The notes beneath the pieces are model-generated. The model had not been told where the DNA came from, ran no database searches, and worked only from the letters and a program-made list of their open reading frames with translations. Positions 35,447 to 45,949 of a stretch of DNA of 64,000 bases are shown here, one piece after another. Every line of letters starts with the position of its first letter. The first letter of the stretch is position 1. The stretch comes from a virus: positions 2,749-66,748 of IMG/VR virus record IMGVR_UViG_3300023063_000003. One strand, given 5' to 3'. Made by a program: the position numbers and the translations under genes.

Positions 35447-36421
35447 TTAAACGGTCGTAACAGGCTTCGGTGCACGCCGCATTTTTGGCTTAGCTGCTTC
35501 GACTGCTTTCGATTCAATCGGTGCGATCGGCGCAACCACTGCCGGCTTCACAGCTTGCACGTGGCCGTCGATCATGCTGCGATCATCAAGCTCTGGCAGA
35601 TTGCCGCCACGCTCCATGTATTCGTTCAGCTCGCGATCGTGCTGAACGTAGAACGACTTGAGCCACAACATCATGTCATCCTTGTTGGCCTTGATGAACT
35701 TGGTGTCTGCTGCTGCATCGAGCTTGCCGCGCAGCAGTGATACCAAAGCCGACTGCGTGGCCTTGTCGTATGCACGGATGACGCCAGCGTATAACTTGTA
35801 CTGCACGTGTGCTGGCAAACCGTCGAACTGTGTGTCGACTTCATCGTGCTCGAATTCGTGACCATTGAATTCTTGCAGATGCGAGATGATGCGTCCTGCC
35901 ATCTCAACGAGTTGTGCACGGTCGTCGTTGATCATCTTGACCTTAGCAGCTTTGAGCACAGCTGGATCGATGTCGACAGCTGCTGCCATTGCATCGAGCA
36001 GCGTGTCGTTGCTGTCAGGTTGACGGTCGATCTGGAACCGAATCGTTTCAGCGATGGACAGTGGCACATCGTTTTGCTGCGTGGCCAATTGCGTCAACTG
36101 GCCTGCCATGTAATTGCGCGTGATCATCAATCGTTCGATGATGTGTGCGTTGCTCATGACCGGAGCGAAGCCCAGATCTTCAGTGAACTTGTCATTGACC
36201 TTGGCCTCGTCGATCGCTGCGTGCGCATCACAGTAATCGTCGATGGTTGGAACATCAGCGAGCGTGCGGCCACTGCGATTGGCTGCAATGTTTTCGATTG
36301 CATCGAAGCGCAGATAGCCGCGCGTGTACGCGATGACCGTTGCGTTGAGTGAACCGATGACGGATTTGAGAATCGTTTTGCCGACGGATGCTGGGAGACC
36401 GTGATGGATAGAAGTGAACAT
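35447..36421 (-). CDS. Early hypothetical protein (324 aa, helical)
   Basis: AGGA RBS; long ORF followed by a terminator. Confidence 0.7.
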   Translation of the reverse strand: MFTSIHHGLPASVGKTILKSVIGSLNATVIAYTRGYLRFDAIENIAANRSGRTLADVPTIDDYCDAHAAIDEAKVNDKFTEDLGFAPVMSNAHIIERLMITRNYMAGQLTQLATQQNDVPLSIAETIRFQIDRQPDSNDTLLDAMAAAVDIDPAVLKAAKVKMINDDRAQLVEMAGRIISHLQEFNGHEFEHDEVDTQFDGLPAHVQYKLYAGVIRAYDKATQSALVSLLRGKLDAAADTKFIKANKDDMMLWLKSFYVQHDRELNEYMERGGNLPELDDRSMIDGHVQAVKPAVVAPIAPIESKAVEAAKPKMRRAPKPVTTV

Positions 36422-36497
36422 GATGTGATCCTGTAGATTGAGATTGAATGTGATTGGGTGCTACTCGTTCCGATACGTGGGTACTGCGTTCTTGCGG

Positions 36498-36695
36498 CTA
36501 CATTGGATTCTCCTTGCGTCTAAAGAACGCGTGAACTGCGAGCGGCACCTTGTCGTGCTCTTCACGTTCGGCAACGATGTCGAACGGATCGCGTGTGGCT
36601 GGGTCGATATAAATGTCGACCGTGATTGTCAGTGAGACGCTGCCCATGTAGAGCAGTTCATTGACGCTGAACTCCGAAGTCTCTTCGGTACTCAT
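36498..36695 (-). CDS. Hypothetical protein
   Basis: Short ORF MSTEETSEF... Confidence 0.35.
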   Translation of the reverse strand: MSTEETSEFSVNELLYMGSVSLTITVDIYIDPATRDPFDIVAEREEHDKVPLAVHAFFRRKENPM

Positions 36696-36812
36696 GCTAT
36701 GGATACCGCAGTGAGCACGCGATGATTGTGATGACGAACATCGCCACACATGCCAACACGATTTCGAGAAAAGCTTTGAGCTTTGAATACGGACGAACTG
36801 TTGGAATACGTT

Positions 36813-37100
36813 TCATTTTATTTTTCCGATGACGTTGAACTGACCTTGATAGTATCGCCCGCCGTCGATGTAACCGACTGACTTGCGACCCAAACTGATG
36901 AGCGCTGAACAGATCAAACTGCCCGTCGCTGCGACCATCACACCACTAAATGTGCCCCAGTGAAGGATATTTAGAAACACGAAAACTGCGAGGTCCATTG
37001 CCAATGGTTTTCCCAATAATTGCAAGCGTCTACGCCATGACAATTTGAAAAACAAGAACAACAAACCGAGTGCGACGATGACGCCCGACTCGATGATCAC
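36813..37100 (-). CDS. Small membrane protein
   Basis: Hydrophobic helices; HWGTFSG.M.A motif; GTG start coupled to an upstream ORF. Confidence 0.65.
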   Translation of the reverse strand: MIIESGVIVALGLLFLFFKLSWRRRLQLLGKPLAMDLAVFVFLNILHWGTFSGVMVAATGSLICSALISLGRKSVGYIDGGRYYQGQFNVIGKIK

Positions 37101-37411
37101 GACGTCACCCCGCACTGAACACGCATCACTGCGCGCATAGGATTATTTATTTTGAACGCAGCAATTGCGTCCGCACTTTCAACGTCACCCATCGGCCGCG
37201 TCTTGTGCAAGACACTGCCGAGCATGAACATGATCACAAAGCGTTCCATCATTTCTCCTTCAACCGAGTGCGCTGTTCTTCGATCAGCACACTCGACAAT
37301 ATTTCTTCAGCTCGAAGACGTTGCATCTCCGAGTCCTTGCATTCCGTTGAACGTGACCACTCAAGCAATCGAGCGGCCATGCACAATCGCTTGAAGTGAT
37401 CGTCGCTCATA

Positions 37412-38146
37412 TTAAGCAGCGACTGGCTTCATCGTGTTCAGCTTCTGCATCACACGATCGTTGACCGCAGTGACTTTGTCCTTGCTGCTGTTGAACCAGC
37501 CGCCGACTTTCGTCTTGGCGGCATCAACGTGTACATCAGCACGTTTCTCTGCGATGTAATAGAACACCCACGACGCAGCCTTGCCACCGAGTACAGCGCC
37601 GGCAATGATTGCCAACGCCCACACGATCCAACCAACCCACGCAGCGCCAGTGACGGCGACTGCGCCAACCATCAGCATGCCGCCGAGCGTGCCGACCAAC
37701 ACACCGACACCAGCTGCTGCTGCGACGGCGCACACGAAGCTCACAGCCACACGTTTCCACGATGGCAGCTCGAAGCCTTCCATCAACACGTCCATGGCCG
37801 CTGCCATGCGTGCTGCGCGCGATGCATCTTCGTCAGCGGCAACGAACACCTTCGGTTCCTCGGTGCGCAGTGCTGCCTGCTCCACAGCTTGCAGCGCAGC
37901 GATACGCTTCAGCTCAACTTCAGCGGCGAGCTTCACAGCCAGCGCTTCTTTTTCCTTCTTCTCTTTACGCAGACGCTTCAACTCAGCCTGCTGCGCAGCC
38001 TTGGCCTCAGCCTGTGCTGCTTCCTCACGCGCAGCCTTCAGCTCAGCGCGACGTGCTGCGCGTGCTTCAGCCTGGGCCTTGAGCACATCACCGTTGATGA
38101 CGTTGATGTGTTTGCCGTTCGATGCCACGTTGATCTGCTTAGCCAT
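37412..38146 (-). CDS. Early membrane protein (coiled coil plus two TM helices)
   Basis: AAGGA RBS; Ala/Glu/Lys coiled coil followed by Gly/Ala-rich TM segments. Confidence 0.7.
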   Translation of the reverse strand: MAKQINVASNGKHINVINGDVLKAQAEARAARRAELKAAREEAAQAEAKAAQQAELKRLRKEKKEKEALAVKLAAEVELKRIAALQAVEQAALRTEEPKVFVAADEDASRAARMAAAMDVLMEGFELPSWKRVAVSFVCAVAAAAGVGVLVGTLGGMLMVGAVAVTGAAWVGWIVWALAIIAGAVLGGKAASWVFYYIAEKRADVHVDAAKTKVGGWFNSSKDKVTAVNDRVMQKLNTMKPVAA

Positions 38147-38558
38147 GATGATGTCCTTTGAATAGATTGAATGAATGATTGAACTACACACCACGCAGTA
38201 CGAGCGGGCGAGCGGGTCTTTGCTCGATCGCAGAGCCGCTGCCGACGCGCGTGCTTGCCTCGTTCAAAGAACGAAGCGCCGCGTATGCAGTGGGGAGATG
38301 GCGTCGCTTTGCGCATAGCTTAAGCATCCTTTTACGTGGGGCGGAGAACGGAATCCGAAGCCACCACCCGCTTCGGGCGAGGCCCGAAGGGAGACTCACG
38401 AGGCAGTACGTGGATTTATTTTTGAGAAAATTTTTCGCAGCCCGTATCACGCCGTACGCAGTACCCCGATGCAAAACTCGCAGTACCCGGCACACCGCAC
38501 AAAATTTCTCGAACCCGGTACACAGAATTTCAAAAATTTTTGCGCAATATTTTTGAAT

Positions 38559-38587
38559 TTGGATATTTCCTACAAACAACCTATAAT
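38559..38587 (+). promoter_or_regulatory. Sigma70-type promoter for the packaging operon
   Basis: TTGGAT-17 nt-TATAAT, with an A/T-tract-rich upstream region. Confidence 0.65.
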
Positions 38588-38621
38588 CCCGACCGTACAA
38601 TCCACATTCATCGAGAGCGCC

Positions 38622-39296
38622 ATGACCAAGCCACTCCCCCCAGGTGCCCCACGCTTAAAAGCAAAAGCGACGCCAGGGGTGCGCAAGCCGAAGAACAAAG
38701 CCATCATCAACACGAAGCTAGCGGCCCAAGAAAAAAATTTCGCAAAACTTCGCGCCAAGGCCGCAACTGTTGGCGACCCAGCTGGTGTCAGCTACGCAGC
38801 GGTAGCGCTGCGCAAATCAGACCGTCACCTCACCGAGATGCAGATGATGTTCGTGCGTCACTGGGCGGCCGGCGAGTCGATCTTGAGCGCATCAGCGCGT
38901 GCCGGCTATGCGGACAGCGGTACGTACGCATACCGTCTGGCCAAAGACCCAGCTGTCCTCAAAATTTATGAGCGCGAAAAAGTCCTCTACGAGAAGTCGT
39001 GCCAGATGACGCGCAAGCGTGTGATGGATGGCTTTCTTGAAGCGGCCGACATGGCCAAGCTGCAGGCCGACCCGACAGCGATGACTGGCGCGTGGCGCGA
39101 GATCGGAAAAATGGCGGGCTACTATGAGCCGGTCAGAAAGCGCATCGACATCAACATAAACGGCCAGATCGTGACGCGTCGTGTGGAGAACATGGACGAT
39201 GAGATGCTGCTCAAGATCATCAAGGGCGAGGTCGGCGCCGAGGTGATCGACATGGAGCTGGCCGAGATTGCCGGAGATGACCATGGCGACGAGTAA
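38622..39296 (+). CDS. terS: Terminase small subunit
   Basis: LTE.Q..FV......SA.RAGY HTH; W.EIGKM.GYY; precedes TerL. Confidence 0.8.
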   Translation: MTKPLPPGAPRLKAKATPGVRKPKNKAIINTKLAAQEKNFAKLRAKAATVGDPAGVSYAAVALRKSDRHLTEMQMMFVRHWAAGESILSASARAGYADSGTYAYRLAKDPAVLKIYEREKVLYEKSCQMTRKRVMDGFLEAADMAKLQADPTAMTGAWREIGKMAGYYEPVRKRIDININGQIVTRRVENMDDEMLLKIIKGEVGAEVIDMELAEIAGDDHGDE

Positions 39297-41169
39297 AGCC
39301 GCCATGACCGCGCTGGCCCAGTCGCAAAAACTGGCCCGGGCGAAGAAAAAGGCCGTGGCAGCAGCCCCTGTGGTGCGCGCCCCAGGCGCTCCGCGCAAAA
39401 AAGCCGTCCAAACCCCTGTCCCACAGGCAATAACGCCGCCTGGGGCCGCTCCGCAAGCCCAGGGAGCACCCACGCCGGCCCAATCAGCCCCTTCGGGGCC
39501 AAACACCGGCGCTGCCTCCCCGCCTCCTATCGACAAGGCCGCAGCCCTGCGTGAATTGGCGTCCCGCACGCTGTCCAAGCGCCGGCTGCTACCCTTCATC
39601 CAGCGCATGAACCCGCGCTACCTCGCCGGATGGGTGCATGAGGACATCTGCCGCCGCCTCGAGCGCTTTTCCGAGGACGTGGAAAAGGGTCTCAGCCCGC
39701 GCCTCATGCTGCTCATGCCACCGCGCCACGGCAAGAGCGAGATCGCATCGAAAACGTTCCCGGCGTGGCACCTCGGCCGCAACCCGGACCACGAGATCAT
39801 CGCCTGCTCGTACAACGTCGGCTTGGCGATGGGTTTTTCACGCAAAGTCCAGCAGCTTTTTGACGACCCGGCGTTCCAGAATGTCTTCGAGGCCCGTCTG
39901 CACCCGAATCACCGCGCGGCCGAAGAGTGGACGCTGCACGGACGCCTCGGTGGCTACGTCGCGGCCGGCGTCGGCGGCGGTATCACGGGTAAGGGCGCGC
40001 ACGTGCTGATCATCGACGACCCGATCAAGAACGCCGAGGAAGCCGACAGCGCCGACACGCGCGAGAAACTGTGGGACTGGTACGGTTCGACTGCGTACAC
40101 CCGGCTCGCCCCCGGCGCCGGCGTGCTGATCATCCAGACGTGGTGGCACGATGATGATCTGGCCGGCAAACTGCAGCAGGCCATGGCCAACGACGAGGAA
40201 GCCGACCAGTTCGAGATCATCAAGTACCCAGCGATCGCCGAGCAGGCTGAATACCTCGACACCGCGACCGACCAGATCGTGCGCGTGTCGACGACCGCGT
40301 GCTTCGACACGGCCCTTGACGAGAAAGACCCGCACTTTCGCCAGCTGCTCGAGGCGCAAAGTCTGCACGAGGCGAAGATGCAGGGCATCGACACCTCGAC
40401 CCTGAAGTTCCTGCGCCCGAAAGGCGCTTGCCTGCACGAAGCCCGCTACGACGTGCGCAAACTGCGCCGCATCAAGGGCGTCATCCCGAACAGGTTCTGG
40501 TCGGCCCTGTACCAGCAGAACCCGGTGCCTGATGACGGCTCGTATTTCACCAAGGACCAGTTCCGGCGCGGCGTGATCCCGAGCCTGAAGTTTTCCAAGG
40601 TCTTCATCGCGTGGGACTTCGCCATCAGCGAGAAGAAGGTCAATGACTTCACCGTCGGCACCGTCGGCTTGCAGGATTATGACGACGTGCTGCACGTCGC
40701 CGAGGTCATGCGCATGAAGTCCAAGGACAGTTTCTTCATCGTCGAGGCGATCTTGCAGCAGGCCAAGCGCTGGCACAATCCGAGCCTGGTCCTGGGCTTT
40801 GAAGATGGCCAGATTTACCGCGCCATGGAGGCGGTCCTCAAGAAGCGCATGCGCGAGCTGAAGTTCTATCCGTCCATCGTCGTGCTGCAGCCGATCACGG
40901 ACAAGATGGCCCGCGCGCGTACCTTGCAGGGCCGCATGCAGCAGGGCATGGTCAGCTTCAGCCAGGACGGTGAGTGGTACGACGTCGTCAAGAACGAGAT
41001 GCTGCGCTTTCCGGCCGGCGTGCACGATGACTGCGTCGATAGCGCGTCATGGATGGCCCTGATGGCGTCGGGCAGCATGCCGCCGCGCCGTCCTGCGGAC
41101 CAGCAGGGGAAATCGTGGAAAGACAAACTTGGTGGCCGCAATGGCACCGTATCTCACATGGCCGCTTGA
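39283..41169 (+). CDS. terL: Terminase large subunit
   Basis: MPPRHGKS, ITGKGA, LIIDDP, LYQQ.P, WDFA, HDDCVD. Confidence 0.93.
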   Translation: MATSKAAMTALAQSQKLARAKKKAVAAAPVVRAPGAPRKKAVQTPVPQAITPPGAAPQAQGAPTPAQSAPSGPNTGAASPPPIDKAAALRELASRTLSKRRLLPFIQRMNPRYLAGWVHEDICRRLERFSEDVEKGLSPRLMLLMPPRHGKSEIASKTFPAWHLGRNPDHEIIACSYNVGLAMGFSRKVQQLFDDPAFQNVFEARLHPNHRAAEEWTLHGRLGGYVAAGVGGGITGKGAHVLIIDDPIKNAEEADSADTREKLWDWYGSTAYTRLAPGAGVLIIQTWWHDDDLAGKLQQAMANDEEADQFEIIKYPAIAEQAEYLDTATDQIVRVSTTACFDTALDEKDPHFRQLLEAQSLHEAKMQGIDTSTLKFLRPKGACLHEARYDVRKLRRIKGVIPNRFWSALYQQNPVPDDGSYFTKDQFRRGVIPSLKFSKVFIAWDFAISEKKVNDFTVGTVGLQDYDDVLHVAEVMRMKSKDSFFIVEAILQQAKRWHNPSLVLGFEDGQIYRAMEAVLKKRMRELKFYPSIVVLQPITDKMARARTLQGRMQQGMVSFSQDGEWYDVVKNEMLRFPAGVHDDCVDSASWMALMASGSMPPRRPADQQGKSWKDKLGGRNGTVSHMAA

Positions 41170-41171
41170 AA

Positions 41172-41387
41172 ATGAACGACACTACTGGTTTGTTGCCTCC
41201 TGAAAACGCTGACGACCTCATCCCTCGCAGCGTTTTACCTACCCGGATGCGGTTGCGCGCCGCCGTACGCGCCTCTGACGGCACGGTAACTGAACTTTAT
41301 CCAGACGATGGTCCGTACGAGCACGGCTTTGATGCCGGCTTTCTCATGGGCCTCGCCACTGCCAAAAAATTAATGGGGAATTTATAA
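41172..41387 (+). CDS. Hypothetical protein between TerL and portal
   Basis: TAATG-coupled to the portal. Confidence 0.45.
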   Translation: MNDTTGLLPPENADDLIPRSVLPTRMRLRAAVRASDGTVTELYPDDGPYEHGFDAGFLMGLATAKKLMGNL

Positions 41388-43543
41388 TGCCGATCAACGC
41401 CGAAATCGCCAACAAGGTCTGGTACCGCTACATCTACGCGCGGGACAACGGCCACTCGAACTATGTCCAGAAAGCTGACCTGTGCGAGAGTTTTTTCCGT
41501 GGCGACCAGTGGACCCGTGAAGACCGCGCCGCGCTGCGTGCTTCGCGCCGGCCGGCGCTGACGATCAACAAGATCATCTCGACCATCGGCAACGTCATGG
41601 GCGAGCAGATTTACAACCGCAGCGAGATTTCGTTCCGCCCGAAGTCCGGCGCCGATCCGAAGACCGCCGACGTGCTCACGAAGCTGTTCAAGCAGATCAG
41701 CGACAACAACCAGCTCGACTGGCGCCGCAGCGATATGTTCACCGACGGGATTATCACCTCGCGTGGCTTCCTCGATATTCGCATGTCGTTCAACGACAGC
41801 ATGCAGGGCGAGGTGGAGATTCAGAACATCAATCCGAAGAACGTGATCATCGATAACGACGCCGACGAGCACGATCCGGACAGCTGGAACGAGGTCATGG
41901 TCACGAAATGGATGACCGCCGACGACATTGCGATCCTCTACTCGAAGGCCGACGCGGAAATCCTGCGCAACAAGGACAACTCGTATTTCCCGTACGGCTT
42001 CGACTCGGTCGACAGCTTCCGCGATCGCTTCGGCGAAACGGCCAACACCGGCGTGTCGATGCCCATGTCGTCGAACATGATGTCGGACGATGACTGGTCG
42101 AGCGTACTGCGCAGCGTGCGCGTCGTCGAGCGTCAGCACCGCGTGCTGGACCGCCAGGACCACTTCATCAACGTCAAGACCGGCGACATGCGCCCGGTGC
42201 CAGACGGTTGGAGCAAAGAGCGCATCGCCATGGTCTCGCAGGCGTTCGGCTACGAGATCGTCAAGAAGCTCGTCAAGCGCATCCGCTGGACTGTGATCTC
42301 GGACAACGTCGTACTGCACGACGACTGGTCGCCCTACAAGCACTTCACCGTGGTGCCGTATTTCCCGTACTTCCGACGCGGCCAGACGATCGGCCTCGTC
42401 GAGAATCTGGTCGGCCCGCAGGAACTGCTCAACAAGGTGTCGAGCCAGGAGCTGCACGTCGTCAACACCACGGCGAACTCAGGCTACAAGGTCAAGACCG
42501 GCTCGCTGACGAATATGTCGGTCGAAGAGCTGGAACAGCGCGGCAGTGAGTCGGGCCTCGTCATCGAGATGAATGGCGCGCTCGATGAGATCGAGAAAAT
42601 TCAGCCGAACGCCACGCCCACCGGCCTGGACCGGATCAGCTACAAGGCCGAAGAGCACATCAAGACGATCTCCGGCGTGTCCGACAGCCAGCAGGGCATG
42701 GACCGCGAGGACGTGGCCGCGAAAGCGATCCAGACCAAGCGCCAAGCTGCGTCGACGAACATGGCCAAGCCGCTCGACAGCCTCGTCCGAACGGACTTCA
42801 TGATCGCCCGCAACGTGCTCGATCTGGTCCAGACGTTCTACTCGGAAGAGCGCGTCATGACGATCGCCCACGACAAGAACGGCGGCGGCACCGAGGACAT
42901 CACGATCAACCACGTGACCCCGGAAGGCGAGGTCGTCAACGACCTGACCCTGGGCGAGTTCGACGTGACGATCAGCTCTGTGCCGCAGCGCGAGACGCTG
43001 GAAGATTCGCAGTTCGACCAAGCCGTGTCGATGAAAAAAGATCTGGGCATGAATATCCCGGACGACTTCATCATCAACGCTTCGCGCCTGATGAACAAGA
43101 ACGCGCTCATTAAGGAAATGGCCGCGCAAGCGAACAGCCCAGAGGCGCAGCAGCAGCAGCAGTTGCAGATGCGTGGCATGCAGGCCGACGTCGGCAAGAC
43201 CGAAGCCGAAACCGCGCAGAAGAAAGCCGACGCCCAGCTCAAGGACGCCAAGGCCAGCAAGGAAGGTGTGGCCACGCAGAAGGACGCCGCCACACCGATC
43301 GAGCAGCCCGAGCAGCAGGACAATACCGCCGAGATCATGAAGGTCCAGGCCGAGATCGCGCTGGCGCGCGAGAAGTTCGAGTTCGAGAAACAGCTCAAAC
43401 TCGATGAGCAGCAGATGAAGCAGAAAGAATCTGACGCCAAGATTGCACTTGACCGTCAACAAGCAGCGCAGAAAGCAGTAGCAGACCGCGTCGCGGCATC
43501 ACAAAAAGCAGCATCCCCAACCAAACCCACCGTAGGAGCATGA
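41387..43543 (+). CDS. Portal protein (P22-like)
   Basis: F..GDQW, RPALTINKI, PQ..LNK..S; C-terminal coiled coil. Confidence 0.88.
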   Translation: MPINAEIANKVWYRYIYARDNGHSNYVQKADLCESFFRGDQWTREDRAALRASRRPALTINKIISTIGNVMGEQIYNRSEISFRPKSGADPKTADVLTKLFKQISDNNQLDWRRSDMFTDGIITSRGFLDIRMSFNDSMQGEVEIQNINPKNVIIDNDADEHDPDSWNEVMVTKWMTADDIAILYSKADAEILRNKDNSYFPYGFDSVDSFRDRFGETANTGVSMPMSSNMMSDDDWSSVLRSVRVVERQHRVLDRQDHFINVKTGDMRPVPDGWSKERIAMVSQAFGYEIVKKLVKRIRWTVISDNVVLHDDWSPYKHFTVVPYFPYFRRGQTIGLVENLVGPQELLNKVSSQELHVVNTTANSGYKVKTGSLTNMSVEELEQRGSESGLVIEMNGALDEIEKIQPNATPTGLDRISYKAEEHIKTISGVSDSQQGMDREDVAAKAIQTKRQAASTNMAKPLDSLVRTDFMIARNVLDLVQTFYSEERVMTIAHDKNGGGTEDITINHVTPEGEVVNDLTLGEFDVTISSVPQRETLEDSQFDQAVSMKKDLGMNIPDDFIINASRLMNKNALIKEMAAQANSPEAQQQQQLQMRGMQADVGKTEAETAQKKADAQLKDAKASKEGVATQKDAATPIEQPEQQDNTAEIMKVQAEIALAREKFEFEKQLKLDEQQMKQKESDAKIALDRQQAAQKAVADRVAASQKAASPTKPTVGA

Positions 43544-44619
43544 CCATGAACTTCCTGAAAAAATCCCGTTTGCTGAGCCTGTTGCTGGCCGGCCTGTTCG
43601 CCTCGATCACCTATGCCGACGGCGACGAAGGCGGTGGTGACGGTGCTGCTATTGCCGCAGCCGCTGAAGCCGCCGCGCTGGCGCGTGGTGACACACTCGG
43701 CGACGCCGCGCCCAACGAGGCCGAGGAAGCTGCCGCTGCCGCGAAAGCGGCCGGCCTCACAGACCCGCTCGCCAAAGAGAACGACGAGCTGACCGACGAG
43801 GAAAAAGCCGCGGCCGCGGCAGCGGGCAAGACCGACGAGGAAGGGGAAGTTGGCGCCGACGGCAAGCGCAAGGACACGCGCATCCCGCTGGCGCGCCATG
43901 AGCAGATTCTCAACCGCACGCGCGCCGAGCGCGACGCCCTGGCCGCGCAGGTGGCGCAGTACCAGAAAGGCACCGTGGTGGCTGACACGAACAAGGTCAT
44001 CGCCGAGACGGAGACCCAGCTGCTCGCGCTCGAGGGTGAGTACAACAAGCTGCTCGTCGACGGTGAGGTGGAGAAGGCCACCACGAAGATGCGCGAGATT
44101 CGCCAGCTCGAGCGCTCGATCAACGAGCAGAAGAACACGCTCGTCTCCGCAGCTGCCGAAGCGCGTGCCATCGAGCGCGTGCGCTACGATACCACCGTCG
44201 AGCGCATCGAAGCGGCCTATCCGATCATGAACCCGGACCACGAGGACTTCGATCAGGCCAAAGTGGCCGAAGTCATCGAGCTGAAGACGGCATTTCAGGC
44301 CCAGGGTGCGACGCCAGCCGCAGCACTGCAGAAGGCTGTGAAGTATGTGCTCGGCGCCGAGACCACGAAAGAAAAAGGTGCAGTTGAAGTGAAGGCGAAG
44401 GTTGAAACGAAGGACGTGGCCGCTGAACGCAAAGCCGCCGCACTCAAGAAAAACGTCGACGCGGCCGCGAAGACGCCGGCCAATCTGGCAGCGGCCGGCT
44501 TGAACAGCGACGAGCTGGGTGGCACGCTCACCGCCGAGCGCGCGATGAAAATGTCGCAGAAAGATTTTGCGGCGCTCGACGAGAAGTCGCTCGCAAAGCT
44601 GCGCGGTGACGAGCTGTAA
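43540..44619 (+). CDS. Scaffolding protein
   Basis: Acidic/Ala-rich, IP..R coiled coil, C-terminal MS..DF..L....LRGD; between portal and capsid. Confidence 0.78.
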   Translation: MTMNFLKKSRLLSLLLAGLFASITYADGDEGGGDGAAIAAAAEAAALARGDTLGDAAPNEAEEAAAAAKAAGLTDPLAKENDELTDEEKAAAAAAGKTDEEGEVGADGKRKDTRIPLARHEQILNRTRAERDALAAQVAQYQKGTVVADTNKVIAETETQLLALEGEYNKLLVDGEVEKATTKMREIRQLERSINEQKNTLVSAAAEARAIERVRYDTTVERIEAAYPIMNPDHEDFDQAKVAEVIELKTAFQAQGATPAAALQKAVKYVLGAETTKEKGAVEVKAKVETKDVAAERKAAALKKNVDAAAKTPANLAAAGLNSDELGGTLTAERAMKMSQKDFAALDEKSLAKLRGDEL

Positions 44620-44635
44620 ATTTTCAGGAGTGAAC

Positions 44636-44667
44636 AACAAAACGGAGCTTCGGCTCCGTTTTGTTTT
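44636..44667 (+). terminator. Intrinsic terminator
   Basis: AACAAAACGGAGC-TTCG-GCTCCGTTTTGTT. Confidence 0.8.
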
Positions 44668-44676
44668 AAAGGTTGC

Positions 44677-44705
44677 TTGCAGAAAATTTCTCTGTGACAT
44701 AGAAT
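44677..44705 (+). promoter_or_regulatory. Sigma70-type promoter for the capsid gene
   Basis: TTGCAG-17 nt-TAGAAT. Confidence 0.6.
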
Positions 44706-44825
44706 CCCACCAACGCGCGAGCACGGGCACGATACGCCTGATACCCAAAACGTCGGTCGAGACGATATTTCGATAGCCGCAGTACCTGTCAAAAAATTTT
44801 CTCAACGCATACGGAGGGTAGCCTA

Positions 44826-45938
44826 ATGGCACTCACAAACTTCGGTCTCCTGACCAACGAACAAAAAACCATCTGGTCGATGGACCTGTGGAAGAACGCA
44901 CGCAACCAGTCGTTCATCGGCAAATTCCTCGGCAATGGCCCCGGCGCCATGGTGCAGCACATCACCGAACTGAAGAAATCCGAAAAGGGCGCCCGCGCAG
45001 TCATCACGCTGCTGGCCGACCTGACCGGTGACGGTATCGCTGGCGACCGCACGCTCGAAGGTAACGAAGAGCAGATGCAGACGTTCGACCAGGTGATCCG
45101 TATCGATCAGCTGCGTCACGCCAACCGCCATGAAGGCCGTATGGCCGATCAGAAATCGATCGTCGAATTCCGCGGCAACTCGAAAAACGTGTTGTCGTAC
45201 TGGCTGTCGGATCGTATCGATCAGATGGCGTTCCTGACCCTGGCCGGTATCTCCTACGCCAAGAAGAACAACGGCGCGCTGCGCGTCGGTTCGGACTTGC
45301 CGTTCCTGGAATTTGCCGCCGATGTCACGCCACCGACCTCGAGCCGCTTCTTCCGCTGGGACAATACCAACAAGGCGCTTGTCCTGGCCGGCGCGTCGAA
45401 CGCCGTCACCGCGACCGACACCCTGGCCTGGGAACTGTTCGTCGAGCTGAAAGCAGCTGCCAAGGACCGCTATATCCGTGGCGTGATGGAAGACGGCGAA
45501 GAAACGTATCACGCCTTCCTGACCCCTACGGCCATGGCCAACCTGAAGCTTGATCCGACCTACCTGCTGAACTTGCGTTACTCGCAGACCAAGGGCATCA
45601 ACGACAAGCTGTTCTCGGGTACCTCGGTCAAGATCGACGGCGTCTACCTGCATGAGTTCCGCCACGTGCCGAACACCTTCGGTGCGCCGTCTGGCTCGAA
45701 GTACGGCGCTTCCGGTACCGTCGACGGCGTTCAGGTGCTGTTCTGCGGCGCCCAGGCGCTCGGCATGGCCGACATCGGCCCACCAGAGTGGGAAGAGAAA
45801 GGCTTCGACTACGAGAACTCGCAAGGTATCTCGTGCGGTAAGATTCTGGGCTTCCTGAAACCGAAGTTCGGCTCGATCTACGACAATGGCACCGTGCAGG
45901 ACTTCGGCGTCTTGTCAGTCTACGCCGCAACGAAATAA
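44826..45938 (+). CDS. Major capsid protein (N4-gp56 / DUF4043-like)
   Basis: GGAGG RBS; LEGNEE, IDQLRHA, FCGAQAL, DFGV motifs. Confidence 0.88.
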   Translation: MALTNFGLLTNEQKTIWSMDLWKNARNQSFIGKFLGNGPGAMVQHITELKKSEKGARAVITLLADLTGDGIAGDRTLEGNEEQMQTFDQVIRIDQLRHANRHEGRMADQKSIVEFRGNSKNVLSYWLSDRIDQMAFLTLAGISYAKKNNGALRVGSDLPFLEFAADVTPPTSSRFFRWDNTNKALVLAGASNAVTATDTLAWELFVELKAAAKDRYIRGVMEDGEETYHAFLTPTAMANLKLDPTYLLNLRYSQTKGINDKLFSGTSVKIDGVYLHEFRHVPNTFGAPSGSKYGASGTVDGVQVLFCGAQALGMADIGPPEWEEKGFDYENSQGISCGKILGFLKPKFGSIYDNGTVQDFGVLSVYAATK

Positions 45939-45949
45939 TCCAGCTCGAT

